Counted from the first letter of the stretch, positions 49,441 to 59,278 are shown. The stretch is 64,000 nucleotides of DNA from an uncultured Spirochaetota bacterium (GCA_963768055.1 CAVYGN010000001.1:64001-128000); one strand, 5' to 3'. Notes: generated by a model from the letters alone, not told the origin. Made by a program: numbers and translations.

Positions 49441-51136
49441 TATCCGCCGGATCCCCCTGATAAATATCGCTATTCGCCTGGTTGACCGCGGTGAATTCGT
49501 AGGTCTTGTAACCGCCGGACAGATTAAAAACACTATCGAAGCCGCTCTGGGTCAGGATACGTGCGGCAGTATAAGCCCTTAAACCAACTCCGCAGAATAC
49601 TATGATCTTCTTATCCTTAGGCAATTCGGGAAGGCGCCCCCGGATTTCATCAACCGGAATATTTACCGCGTCTTCGATGGTCCCTTTCCTGTATTCCTCT
49701 TCCGTCCTGACATCCACCAGGATTGTTTTAGAGGGATCCCGACTCATTATATCGTACCATTGAACAATTTTTACTTTTCCTTTAAGGATATTATCCGCTG
49801 TAAAACCGGCTATATTGACGGGATCTTTTGCGGACGAATAAGGAGGAGCGTAGCTTTGTTCCATCATCTCAAGATCGTAAACGGTTTTACCGTTCAAGAG
49901 AAAAGCGGCGATGACGTCGATCCTTTTATCTACCCCTCTGTACCCGACGATCTGGGCGCCCAGGATTTTTCCATCATCGGGAGAAAAAAGTATTTTGATA
50001 GACATGGGGGCCGCATTCGGGTAATAGAGAGCATGGGAAGAGCTGTGTGTTATCGATGCCATATACGGAATGTTTTCCCTTCTGAGAAGTTTTTCGGAAG
50101 CGCCAGCCGATGCAACTGCAAGGTCGAACACCTTCACAATAGCCGTTCCTATAGAGCCGATATATTTCGAATTATTTCCGTAAACGATATTGTCGGCGGC
50201 AATCCTTCCCTGCTTATTGGCAGGCCCGGCAAGGGGCATCAAAACCTTTTTGCCGATTACCGGGTTGGTAACTTCTATCGCATCCCCCACCGCATATATA
50301 TCGAGATCGCTTGTCTGAAGATATTCGTTTACCTCAATTCCCCCGAGTTCTCCGGTTTTAAGCCCCGATTCCCGGGCCAGTTTGATTTCCGGTTTAACTC
50401 CGATAGATATTATTGCCATGTCCGCGAAGAGTTCCTTTCCGCCGCCCAGGACAACGGATAATCTGTTTTCCCCGGGGTTTTTAAATGCTTTAACGCCCTC
50501 CTTAAGGAACAATTCCACTTTCTTCGTTTTTAAATGATGATGGATCATTGAAGCCATTTCGAAATCCAGAATGTTCATGACCTGATCGGACATTTCGACT
50601 ATTGTTACTAAAACCCCTCTTTTCTCAAGTGTTTCAGCCATTTCAAGACCGATAAAGCCGGCCCCTACGATAACCGCCCTTTCCGGTTTTTTAGTATCGA
50701 TAAAATCTTTTATGGAATCGGTATCCTGAATGCTCCTGAGCGTAAAAATACCTTCGCCGTCTATTCCCGGGATAGGGGGAATTACAGGTTCGGCCCCCGG
50801 TGAAACAACTAATTTATCATATTTTTCACTATAAACTTCCCCTGAACCGGTTTTTTTTACTTCGATTGTCTTTACGGCCCTGTTTATTTTAATAATATCG
50901 GATTTCAGGCGTACATCCACATTGAACCTTGCCTTGAAACCTTCCGGGGTCTGAACGAAAAGATCGTCCCTGTCGGGGATCACTCCGCTTATATAATACG
51001 GCAACCCGCAATTTGCATATGAAATATAATCCCCCCTCTCGAAAAGGACGATATCCGCTTTTTCATCGTTTCTTCTGAGCCTTGCGGCGGCCGTCGCTCC
51101 CCCGGCTACTCCGCCTACTATTAAATACCTGGACAT
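49433..51136 (-). CDS. CoA-disulfide/persulfide reductase with C-terminal rhodanese domain
   Basis: GGVAGG, SYANCGLPY, GAGFIGLE, YAPPYSS and FCGVGLR motifs. Confidence 0.9.
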   Translation of the reverse strand: MSRYLIVGGVAGGATAAARLRRNDEKADIVLFERGDYISYANCGLPYYISGVIPDRDDLFVQTPEGFKARFNVDVRLKSDIIKINRAVKTIEVKKTGSGEVYSEKYDKLVVSPGAEPVIPPIPGIDGEGIFTLRSIQDTDSIKDFIDTKKPERAVIVGAGFIGLEMAETLEKRGVLVTIVEMSDQVMNILDFEMASMIHHHLKTKKVELFLKEGVKAFKNPGENRLSVVLGGGKELFADMAIISIGVKPEIKLARESGLKTGELGGIEVNEYLQTSDLDIYAVGDAIEVTNPVIGKKVLMPLAGPANKQGRIAADNIVYGNNSKYIGSIGTAIVKVFDLAVASAGASEKLLRRENIPYMASITHSSSHALYYPNAAPMSIKILFSPDDGKILGAQIVGYRGVDKRIDVIAAFLLNGKTVYDLEMMEQSYAPPYSSAKDPVNIAGFTADNILKGKVKIVQWYDIMSRDPSKTILVDVRTEEEYRKGTIEDAVNIPVDEIRGRLPELPKDKKIIVFCGVGLRAYTAARILTQSGFDSVFNLSGGYKTYEFTAVNQANSDIYQGDPADIT

Positions 51137-51241
51137 AAGAAATTCCTCCTGAAAACATTAAATACAGTACTTAGAATTGAATATAATTATTAAATGAAGA
51201 AATTGCAAAGTCATTTTATAACCTTGAAAAATATAAAAAAT

Positions 51242-51294
51242 TCCCTCGCCAGTTTAATTGTAATAATAGTCAAGCCGGATAGACTGGCGAGGGA
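51242..51294 (-). terminator. inverted repeat/terminator after OmpA-MotB gene
   Basis: TCCCTCGCCAGT...ACTGGCGAGGGA followed by a T-run on the minus strand. Confidence 0.5.
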
Positions 51295-51317
51295 CAATTT
51301 ATAGGGAGGAAAGATTT

Positions 51318-52241
51318 TTATCTGAACCTGGCCCTCTCATCCAGGGGGATAAGTAAAATCACTATCCTTCTGTTTTGGGCCTTCCCTTCCTCGGTATCGT
51401 TCGAAGCAACCGGATTATACTCGCCGTACCCGGTCGCTTTTAACAGGGTGGGATCGATACCCTGGCTTTGCAGATAACGAACGATCGTTGTCGCCCTTGC
51501 AGTGGAAAGTTCCCAGTTTGATGGAAATTTCCACCGATAGCCAGGAGCTATCGGAACATTATCAGTATAACCCTCAATGCGGATCTGTTTATTTGTAATA
51601 CTTTTTAATACCTTTGCCACTTTATCAAGGGTTCTCTTACCGCTGTTTTTAATGTCGGCGCTGCCCGAATCGAAGAAAATTTTATCCTGGAAATCTACGC
51701 TTAACATGTCGCCCATTTGCTTGATTTTTAAATCTCCGCTAGCAATTTCTATCTGCATAGCTGCTTCGAGTTTATTATGGGTTTCAGTAATGTTGGATAT
51801 TTCCTGGTTTTTTTCCTGAAGAAGCTTTGCCTGCTCTGCCGATAGGGATTTGATCGTCTTTTGCAGATCATTTATTTGTCCATCCCTATTGCTTATCTCA
51901 TTTTGCAAATATGATTTCTTTAGATTGTTGTCTTTAATGGACTCATTCAAACTGTCAATTTGCTTTCCCAGTGCGCTTTTCGTCGAGTCTACAAGATTCT
52001 TTAAAGCGATATTATCATTTGAGTATATTGCAGCCTGCTTCTGAAGACTATCCCTCTGATCCTGAAGGGAAGCTATATCGTTTTTCCGTTGATTCAGATC
52101 GTTCGCCAGATTCTGGTTTTCTGCCGTCAGATTATCGTTATCCGCCTTTAACTTGGCAAACTCTTCAGGTTTTATAGATGAACAACTGCCCAGAATTATA
52201 AGTAAAGATGAAAGTGATGCGAGCCATAAAAATTGTTTCAT
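51318..52241 (-). CDS. OmpA/MotB-domain lipoprotein with coiled coil
   Basis: LGSC lipobox; FFDSGSA, EGYTDNVPI, NWELSTARA and NRRI motifs. Confidence 0.9.
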   Translation of the reverse strand: MKQFLWLASLSSLLIILGSCSSIKPEEFAKLKADNDNLTAENQNLANDLNQRKNDIASLQDQRDSLQKQAAIYSNDNIALKNLVDSTKSALGKQIDSLNESIKDNNLKKSYLQNEISNRDGQINDLQKTIKSLSAEQAKLLQEKNQEISNITETHNKLEAAMQIEIASGDLKIKQMGDMLSVDFQDKIFFDSGSADIKNSGKRTLDKVAKVLKSITNKQIRIEGYTDNVPIAPGYRWKFPSNWELSTARATTIVRYLQSQGIDPTLLKATGYGEYNPVASNDTEEGKAQNRRIVILLIPLDERARFR

Positions 52242-52294
52242 ATAAACCTCCTTTGGATTTATCTTTATTTTACTAACGATTGTAACAGGAGTAA

Positions 52295-52377
52295 TCAGGA
52301 ATATTTACTGATTTATGAATATCATGCTCAGGAAATTAAACTGATTTTTAATAAAAAGCGTAGGGGATTATTACTGA
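52295..52377. promoter_or_regulatory. tandem TCAG-N9-CTGA boxes at 33-bp spacing
   Basis: TCAGGAATATTTACTGA (52295), TCAGGAAATTAAACTGA (52328), degenerate third copy (52361). Confidence 0.6.
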
Positions 52378-52635
52378 TTGGCATTATTTACCGAATGAAT
52401 CGACCATCTTTATTAATTCATTTTTATTCTTTGAACCTGTTTTCTGATAAATATGATAAACATGTGTTTCGACGGTTTTATTCGAGATGAAAAGCTTGTC
52501 TGAAATTTCCTTATAACTGTATCTTTGTACCAGAAGTTCAAGTATATCGCATTCCCTTTTCGATATTTTATGTTTTTCAGCAAATTCTTTAATGGGGGTA
52601 ACAACATCATAGCTGTAACCAGGGGCAAAGTAGCT

Positions 52636-52795
52636 CTATATTGGGAATTTCTTAATAACTTCATTATATTTCTCTTGAGCCTCGACTATAGAAAGTTTTG
52701 AATATATCTCGAGCGTCTTTCGGCTCTCATGTCCGCTATAAGGTTGTATCAAAGCATCATCAATACCTTGCTTTTTGAGCCATGTGAAAAGGAAA
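52636..52795 (-). pseudogene. 3' fragment of a tyrosine recombinase (TnpI-like resolvase)
   Basis: [35 protein letters not shown] with the GH...Y catalytic region; stop codon abuts the IR. Confidence 0.8.
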
Positions 52796-52876
52796 GCCCG
52801 TGGATTGAAACTGGAAAGACACATATTCTATCGCCGCCCCCATCGTCGGGCCCCACGCGGGCCCGTGGATTGAAAC
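52796..52876 (+). CRISPR. type I-C-like CRISPR mini-array (half repeat, 33-nt spacer, full repeat)
   Basis: GCCCGTGGATTGAAAC (52796-52811); spacer TGGAAAGACACATATTCTATCGCCGCCCCCATC; 32-nt hairpin repeat GTCGGGCCCCACGCGGGCCCGTGGATTGAAAC (52845-52876). Confidence 0.85.
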
Positions 52877-54261
52877 CATTAAGGTAATCCGAATGTTTAA
52901 TTCACGGAACATAAAAAAATCATCCGGTAGATTAATTGAAAGCTACTTTGCCCCTGGTTACAGCTATGATGTTGTTACCCCTAATGGGCAGTCCGGGCTC
53001 TTCCTTTATTTTTCCGGGCACTGTGATATATAGATAATAAGTATTAACGATAGTAAACAATAATATTCCATAACCGAGGGTATCCTGCTGGCCGATAAAT
53101 AAGACTGTCAGGCTGATCGTATAAATTTTATTCTGGATAATATAAATCAGATATGAAAATAGCAGGATTGAAGAGCTCAATAAAAACACAATGGATTTCA
53201 ATCGGTCTTTTTTAATAAAATAAGCTGAAATAAATATATTGAATGCCAGGCCGGCCAATAATAAAATGTAATAAATCGATAGAATGTAATTAAGCGATAC
53301 CCAGTTAACCGGTAAGGTTAATGATATGATTATTAGTATAAAAACAGCGGAAATGATCCTGAAGATAGCCCTGCTTTGACTTTTAAAAAAAAGATATATG
53401 AACAGGGCGTTTATAAGGAACAGTTTTGCATAAAGTAAAATTATTTGTATTTTAATAAGCAAATCGGCTGAAATATCCGAAAGAAAATTAAGAGTTTCTC
53501 CCCTGCCGACTAAATTCAGGGCCTGGATAAATGCAAATAAACTCAGTATCAAAAAAGCGTAATTTTTCCTGTTCCCGAGCAGTAAGAGTAAATTAAAGAT
53601 AAAAATCAGCAATAGCGCCCCGTCTATAATGCCTTCCCTGAATAATATCAGCCATCTATGTTCCCGGATGTCTTTTTCCAGTCCAATTAAAATAGTTTCC
53701 CTGATAATTTTGATATTCGAGTAATCAAAGATTTTTAAATATAATTTCAGCGGATTGAGATGATCCGGGACAGGCAGGATATTGCTTTTGTCGCGGTAAT
53801 TTACTTTCCACCTTGCGATGTAATTATAACCGTTTGAAAGTCCTATGTTATCGTTGATCCAGAAATAATAGGGGGAGAGGAGCGGAGGTATTAATAATGC
53901 TATGCTGTCCGCTTGATTCGAAGAAGACCCTTTTTCCGGGAGGATAATTTTTATATAAAACTCAGCGGAATCGTTTTCTTTATCATAATATGACGGATTA
54001 AGATCTTGATCAGGCCCGTCGGATATTTTAACTATCCCGTCTTTATTGAAGTCCCAGTGAGACAGGTCGAGCGTCCCTTTTTCAATAAAGGGCATTGTAT
54101 CAGCACTGGCGTTCCCGCAGAAAATCATAAGAACTAAAATAAAAGATAACTTAAATAATCCCATTTGAACCCGTCTGATTTTATCCCATAAGTAATCGAT
54201 CTATTTTAAAGAGTATGAATGGATTAATCAAATGTGTTCAGATATTGTAATATATAAAAGA

Positions 54262-54289
54262 ATCCCGGAAGTTCAAAAACTTCCGGGAT
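54262..54289 (-). terminator. terminator hairpin
   Basis: ATCCCGGAAGTT-CAAA-AACTTCCGGGAT perfect stem after the OmpA/MotB gene. Confidence 0.7.
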
Positions 54290-54305
54290 GATTAGAGATA
54301 TATAA

Positions 54306-54974
54306 TTATTTAAATTTCGCCCTGGTATCCAGAGGGACCAATTGGACTTCTATTCTTCTATTCTGGGCCTTTCCTTCAGGTGTTGCATTCGAGGCGACCG
54401 GGTTGAATTTTCCGTATCCGGCCGACTTGATCATATCCGGTTTAATCCCCTTTTCAACAAGATACCTCACTACTGCATCAGCCCTCGCGGTTGAAAGCTC
54501 CCAGTTGGATGGAAATTTCCACTGGTATGCCGTGGCTATAGGTACATCGTCGGTGTACCCTTCAACCCGTATAAGCCTATCATTGATAGGTACAAGAGTT
54601 TTAACGATATCGTCAAGGGCTTTTTTCCCCTCCGGCTTAATGACATCGCTTCCTTCATCGAAGAAAATATCGCTTAAAAATGTGACTTTTACACTGTTTT
54701 GCAGAGCGGTGATCGTCGATTCCTTTGCCGCTAGCTGGTCCTGAAGGTCTTTTATAAGATTGCTGTAACTTGAAGCATCGGATCCCTTCGGCTGGTTTGA
54801 AAGCTGCGATGACAGGCTCGCTATCTTTTCGTTCAACGCGTCGATCTGCTTGTCCTTTGCGCTTAACTGGTCCTTAAGACCGGCTGTCTCGTCGGGTTTA
54901 GTGCTTTGCTGTGCGCAGCTGAACAAAAAGAATAATCCTGCAGATAACGCAAATATCTGGATTTTACTTTTCAT
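54306..54974 (-). CDS. OmpA/MotB-domain lipoprotein (paralog of 51318-52241)
   Basis: LFSC lipobox; EGYTDDVPI, WKFPSNWELSTARA and GKAQNRRI shared with the paralog. Confidence 0.9.
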   Translation of the reverse strand: MKSKIQIFALSAGLFFLFSCAQQSTKPDETAGLKDQLSAKDKQIDALNEKIASLSSQLSNQPKGSDASSYSNLIKDLQDQLAAKESTITALQNSVKVTFLSDIFFDEGSDVIKPEGKKALDDIVKTLVPINDRLIRVEGYTDDVPIATAYQWKFPSNWELSTARADAVVRYLVEKGIKPDMIKSAGYGKFNPVASNATPEGKAQNRRIEVQLVPLDTRAKFK

Positions 54975-55059
54975 AAAATACCTCCTTTTATGAATAATAA
55001 AACAAATTTTATAATGATCATTTCTGTATAAATATTAAAATTTAAACAGTTATGCGCAA

Positions 55060-55109
55060 TCAGGAAAATTTACTGAATTTCATTTAAACCGCTCAGTAAT
55101 TTTTACTGA
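55060..55109. promoter_or_regulatory. tandem TCAG-N9-CTGA boxes at 33-bp spacing
   Basis: TCAGGAAAATTTACTGA (55060) and TCAGTAATTTTTACTGA (55093) in a divergent intergenic region. Confidence 0.6.
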
Positions 55110-55235
55110 TTTTTGCTTACCGGGGTTTAAGCCGGAAATTTATCTGAATTTTTGCTTGAAAATTTGCGATTTTATGAATATAATTCTATAAAAGAAACGT
55201 TATATAAATGAAAATATAAAAAAAACGGAGGAAAT

Positions 55236-55952
55236 ATGAAAAGAGTTATATCGCTTCTATTTATATTCCTGTTAACGGCCGTGTGCCTTTATGCGCGGAA
55301 TGTGAATTTACTGATGAACGACGGATCGGTAATAAAAGGCGAATTGATCGGTAAAACAGCGGATAGCGTTTATGTAAAGGATACCAATGACCAGACGATC
55401 ACGGTTCAAAAAGCCGATATAAAATCGGCATTCGACCAGGATACGGGAGATGAAATTGACCTTACTGCGGTCAATACCGAGACGGCCCCCCAGGATAACA
55501 GTTCAGCGAACGACGTTGTTACAAATGCGATAGAGCCTGAGCCGCAACTTGTTGTAATACCCGGGACATATGTTTATTATTACCCCTACGGAGGCGCCGA
55601 CTGCTTCTACTACGGGGGATATTGGTGGAGGCCCTGGCATGGCTTTTGGTACCGTTCCACTGTATATAACGGCGGCTGGGCTGTCATAAGCCCGAGATAC
55701 GTACCGACTTATGTGTCCCATCTTCCCGGAAACTGGAGGGGAAGGATCGCCGCCGCTCCCAGGATCGGATGGGGTGAAGCCAGGAGCAACTGGAGAGAAT
55801 GGCAGAGGACGGGTTATTGGGCTAATCATGGCTGGAAAAGGGAAGGGGTAGTAAGGCCGGGCAACGGCAATGGCGAAGTCAGAAGACAGCCTGCAGAAAA
55901 TAGAGAAAAACCCAGGGAGGGCAAAGGGGAAAAGAAGGAAGAAAGAAACTAA
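55236..55952 (+). CDS. secreted Trp/Gly/Arg-rich protein (paralog of 21809-22381)
   Basis: signal peptide; NDGSVIKG; PQLVVIPG; FYYGGYWWR. Confidence 0.7.
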   Translation: MKRVISLLFIFLLTAVCLYARNVNLLMNDGSVIKGELIGKTADSVYVKDTNDQTITVQKADIKSAFDQDTGDEIDLTAVNTETAPQDNSSANDVVTNAIEPEPQLVVIPGTYVYYYPYGGADCFYYGGYWWRPWHGFWYRSTVYNGGWAVISPRYVPTYVSHLPGNWRGRIAAAPRIGWGEARSNWREWQRTGYWANHGWKREGVVRPGNGNGEVRRQPAENREKPREGKGEKKEERN

Positions 55953-55958
55953 AAGCCT

Positions 55959-57116
55959 TTATACCGGTTCAGAGGGGCGGAACGTCCTGGAAGGGCGGAA
56001 CGTCCTGAGAGGGCGTCCTGATTTTATATGTGCAGCTAAACGGGTTAGTTCCGGAAGGCTGTGCTTGAAAAAACCTTTATAGGCCGGGCAAAGGTAGTTA
56101 AGCCCTCCGATACGGTCTTTAGGGCAGCCCCCATTGCAGTAAGAAAGTATTTCACAGTTTCTGCAAACAAGGGGTAGTTTATCCCGTTTATCTTTTCCGA
56201 ACCTGATCAAGTCAGGATCTGTGGCCAGATCTTTAAGGGTCCGGTTATAAATATTTCCAATAAGATGGTCGTTATCGACATAGTGGTCGCAAGCATAGAA
56301 GTTTCCATTATGTTCAAGGACCGCCGCACTTCCGCAAGTTTCCCTGTGAATGCACAAAGCATGGGGTATCCCGTAAACCGGCCTAAGCGCCTCGTCGAAA
56401 GTTTGTATAACTATTTTACCGACATCCTCGCTTATCCACCTGTCAAAAACAGAACAAAGAAATGTTTCCAACAAACGGGGACTGACAGTAAGGCCGCTAA
56501 CACCGCCCCCTTCCAAAACCCTCACCAGTGGAAGGAACTGGATATATGAGGCCCCTATATTCCGGAAGAAATCATATACCCTGTAAGGCTCGTTTGCATT
56601 ATCCGAATTGAGAACGCAGAGAACATTGCAGAAGACATTGTGTTTTTTAAGTAATTGAAAGGCATTGACAACTATTGAGTGAGTCGGCCTCCCTGTGGAG
56701 GTTTTTCTGTATTTATCATGAAGGTCCTCAGGGCCGTCAATTGATAAGCCTACTGAAAAACCTTCACCGGATAAAAATCCGGCCCAGTCTTCATCGATCA
56801 AAAGCCCGTTAGTCTGCAAGCCGTTTGTGATAATTCTTCCCCCGGGCTTATTTTTCCCCTGGATACGAGTTATCATTTTGAAATAATCCAGCCCTAATAG
56901 TGTGGGTTCTCCGCCATGCCACTCGAAATGGGTTGAAGGCCCTGGAGAAGCCTCGATACGCTCTGAAATATACCTTTCCAGAAGCTCTTCCGTCATCCGG
57001 CGAGGTATTTCCGGGAAAAGAGATATTTTATCTAAATAATAACAATAAGCGCATCTCATATTGCAGGCAGGGCCGCAGGGTTTGGCCATGACGAGGTATT
57101 CGTATTGACTTTCCAT
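55959..57116 (-). CDS. anaerobic sulfatase maturase family radical SAM/SPASM protein
   Basis: MAKPCGPACNMRCAYCYY, WHGGEP, YACDHYV and CNGGCPKDR motifs; 18-bp tandem duplication at the 3' end. Confidence 0.9.
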   Translation of the reverse strand: MESQYEYLVMAKPCGPACNMRCAYCYYLDKISLFPEIPRRMTEELLERYISERIEASPGPSTHFEWHGGEPTLLGLDYFKMITRIQGKNKPGGRIITNGLQTNGLLIDEDWAGFLSGEGFSVGLSIDGPEDLHDKYRKTSTGRPTHSIVVNAFQLLKKHNVFCNVLCVLNSDNANEPYRVYDFFRNIGASYIQFLPLVRVLEGGGVSGLTVSPRLLETFLCSVFDRWISEDVGKIVIQTFDEALRPVYGIPHALCIHRETCGSAAVLEHNGNFYACDHYVDNDHLIGNIYNRTLKDLATDPDLIRFGKDKRDKLPLVCRNCEILSYCNGGCPKDRIGGLNYLCPAYKGFFKHSLPELTRLAAHIKSGRPLRTFRPSRTFRPSEPV

Positions 57117-57117
57117 T

Positions 57118-58185
57118 TTATAAAAGTGATTTGACCCATTCCCTTTTTTCAAGCAGCGCACATCCCGATATGCCTTTTAATTCCGGATGGTTGTCCCGGA
57201 TTTTGCGGAGAAAAGCTGAATTTAGCGCCTCTTTAAGGGAAAGATTTTTTAGATTGGAGTCCGAATAGGGTGAGAAGGGACAGGGTTCCAGGGATCCGTC
57301 AGCGCTGATATGCAGGAAACCCCTTCCGGCTGAAAGGCAGCCCTCGTATTGGCCTTCTTCACCTGGAAATTCGATAAAGATCCCGGGTATGGCCTTTCGC
57401 AGATCTTCGATACTTTTAAGAAAGATCCCTTTTTCATCGCTTGTAAGGGGGGGAATAGTCTGATTGTTCCCGTTCTGCTGGTATTCAACGAATATAAAAA
57501 CCCTTGCGCCGCTTTTATAAAGTCTTCTGATAAATTCAATGTCTGTAAGAAGTTTGAAATTATTCCGGGTCGCGGTCATCGAATGCCCGTAAAGTATTCC
57601 GGACTTTTTTAATAATAAAGATAATTTTTCTATTTTATTATAAACCCCGCTGCCCCTGCATTCATCAGTCTCATTTTCACCGCCTTCAAGGCTTATGACA
57701 GGTACGATATTTTTCTGTTTTTTCCAGTTCTTAATATTGCCTTCAGTTATTAAAAGTCCGTTTGTAAATAATGGAAAAAGGATGTGCGGGAAACCGGTAG
57801 TAAGCGACAGGATATCCGGCCGAGTCATAGGTTCTCCTCCGCTGATAAAAATGATCCTTGAACCTATATCCATGGCTTCTTTTAGAATATTCAGGAACAT
57901 GCCTTTTTCCATCCCGGCTCCCGCCGTATTTTCGCGGGGTTTGTTATAACAGCCCGTGCATTTGAGGTTGCAGCGATTGGTGATGCTTGTAATCAGGATC
58001 GGGGGGACTTCAAGCGACAGGGTTTTCCAATAATTTCTCCTTTTGATCGCAATAATCTGGCTGAAAAGCATTCCGATCATAAAAGGAAGATAAGAGGGAA
58101 AAATGAATGAAAGAGATGTCAGCTTCCTGAAAAAAAACAATATGTTCCTGTCCAGGATATTTTTAAAATTTTTGTTTTCGTTCAT
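57118..58185 (-). CDS. radical SAM protein with SPASM/twitch region
   Basis: CNLKCTGC, SGGEP, GCLSAGRG and EPCPF motifs. Confidence 0.9.
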   Translation of the reverse strand: MNENKNFKNILDRNILFFFRKLTSLSFIFPSYLPFMIGMLFSQIIAIKRRNYWKTLSLEVPPILITSITNRCNLKCTGCYNKPRENTAGAGMEKGMFLNILKEAMDIGSRIIFISGGEPMTRPDILSLTTGFPHILFPLFTNGLLITEGNIKNWKKQKNIVPVISLEGGENETDECRGSGVYNKIEKLSLLLKKSGILYGHSMTATRNNFKLLTDIEFIRRLYKSGARVFIFVEYQQNGNNQTIPPLTSDEKGIFLKSIEDLRKAIPGIFIEFPGEEGQYEGCLSAGRGFLHISADGSLEPCPFSPYSDSNLKNLSLKEALNSAFLRKIRDNHPELKGISGCALLEKREWVKSLL

Positions 58186-58285
58186 AAAAAGAAACGTCTC
58201 CGCGCTGAAATAGGTTTATTGACAATTAATAAATTGTCCAATTATATTAACCTCAAATTGTCTCTTTTTCAATCCGGCAAGAAAC

Positions 58286-58849
58286 TTATTGTTTTATTAT
58301 GCTTATCTTATTTATAACTACAGGTGTCAGAGGCATGTTATTGGCAGGGTCTGTCGGCACTTTGCCTATTGCCTGTACGACTGATAAGCCTTCGATAACC
58401 TTTCCGAAGACCGCATGCTTGCCGTCAAGCCATGGACATGGTACGAGGGTGATGAAGAACTGAGATCCTCCGGTATTGGGGCCGGCATTTGCCATTGACA
58501 GGATTCCAGGACCGCTATGCTTCAAATCTTTATTGAATTCATCATTGATGGTGTAACCCGGGCCGCCTGTTCCGTTTCCATTCGGGTCCCCTCCCTGGAT
58601 CATAAACTGGTCGATCACCCTATGGAAAATGAGACCGTTATAAAAACCTTTATTAACAAGGCTTATAAAATTTTTAGCCGTCAATGGGACTTTATCCTCG
58701 AAAAGTTCGATTTTAAAAGTTCCCATCGATGTTTCGAAAACTGCAATAGGGTTCATTTTTTTTCCTTTTTTAACGGAATCTTCCGCCGAATAAGATATTA
58801 CTGTAAATAAGCCGATTATGCAGATAAAGAGGGATATGCTTTTGATCAT
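58286..58849 (-). CDS. cyclophilin-type peptidyl-prolyl isomerase
   Basis: [14 protein letters not shown] and [17 protein letters not shown] motifs. Confidence 0.95.
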   Translation of the reverse strand: MIKSISLFICIIGLFTVISYSAEDSVKKGKKMNPIAVFETSMGTFKIELFEDKVPLTAKNFISLVNKGFYNGLIFHRVIDQFMIQGGDPNGNGTGGPGYTINDEFNKDLKHSGPGILSMANAGPNTGGSQFFITLVPCPWLDGKHAVFGKVIEGLSVVQAIGKVPTDPANNMPLTPVVINKISIIKQ

Positions 58850-59278
58850 GAAATCGCTCCTGAAATGTGTGATATTCAGAAAGAGTATTATAAAATAAAG
58901 TTTTGATTTAATCAAAGTTCCTCGAAATGACATTACTGCCATCGAAAAGCGGCGACCGACGAGTTTGTAGTCGATAGTCAACAGTCGACACTCCCTTTAT
59001 TACCGAAATAAGACAATATGCGGTTCTATTTGAAGTTATTTTTTTCCGCGCCTTATGAAGATGGCATAGAGCCACCGGGCGAAAAACGGATAAAGGAAGC
59101 GCTTACCAGAGATTGTTTATTTTAATTAATTTATTCTTATATAATAAAAAATATCTTTAATAAAAAAGCATTCCATCAGCGCTTACATCCGTTTTGAACC
59201 CTTGTGGCTCAAGCCGTCGAATCCAGCGCGGAAAAAAGTACTTCAAAAATAAAACTGCATATTGATCTGGTCGGCCCC

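Larger units (their letters stand above)
52595..52981. mobile_element. Tn3-family non-autonomous element (MITE), 387 bp
   Basis: perfect 41-bp IRs GGGGTAACAACATCATAGCTGTAACCAGGGGCAAAGTAGCT (52595-52635, 52941-52981); TAATG duplicated at 52590-52594 and 52982-52986. Confidence 0.92.
52384..54164 (-). pseudogene. membrane-anchored 7TM-DISM-like/LuxR-HTH regulator interrupted by a Tn3-type MITE
   Basis: removing 52595-52981 plus one TAATG copy restores a 462-aa ORF ending ...GLPIKEFAEKHKISKRECDILELLVQRYSYKEISDKLFISNKTVETHVYHIYQKTGSKNKNELIKMVDSFGK* (LuxR HTH); N-terminal GTLDLSHWDF and multiple TM helices. Confidence 0.9.

Noticed and set aside
52413..52664. 83-aa ORF in the track
   Set aside because: Wrong frame and spans the IR; the real coding frame is the LuxR HTH remnant at 52384-52590.
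52796..52876. Complete adaptive CRISPR-Cas locus or Tn7-type CAST
   Set aside because: No cas or tns genes and no leader in the window; only 1.5 repeats; element ends are Tn3-type, not Tn7-type.
51318..54974. Flagellar stator motB genes
   Set aside because: Lipobox and coiled coil instead of the MotB TM helix with its conserved Asp; no motA nearby.
55971..56020. 18-bp tandem repeat as a CRISPR or functional repeat
   Set aside because: Simple in-frame duplication (RTFRPS twice) at a gene's 3' end, without spacers.
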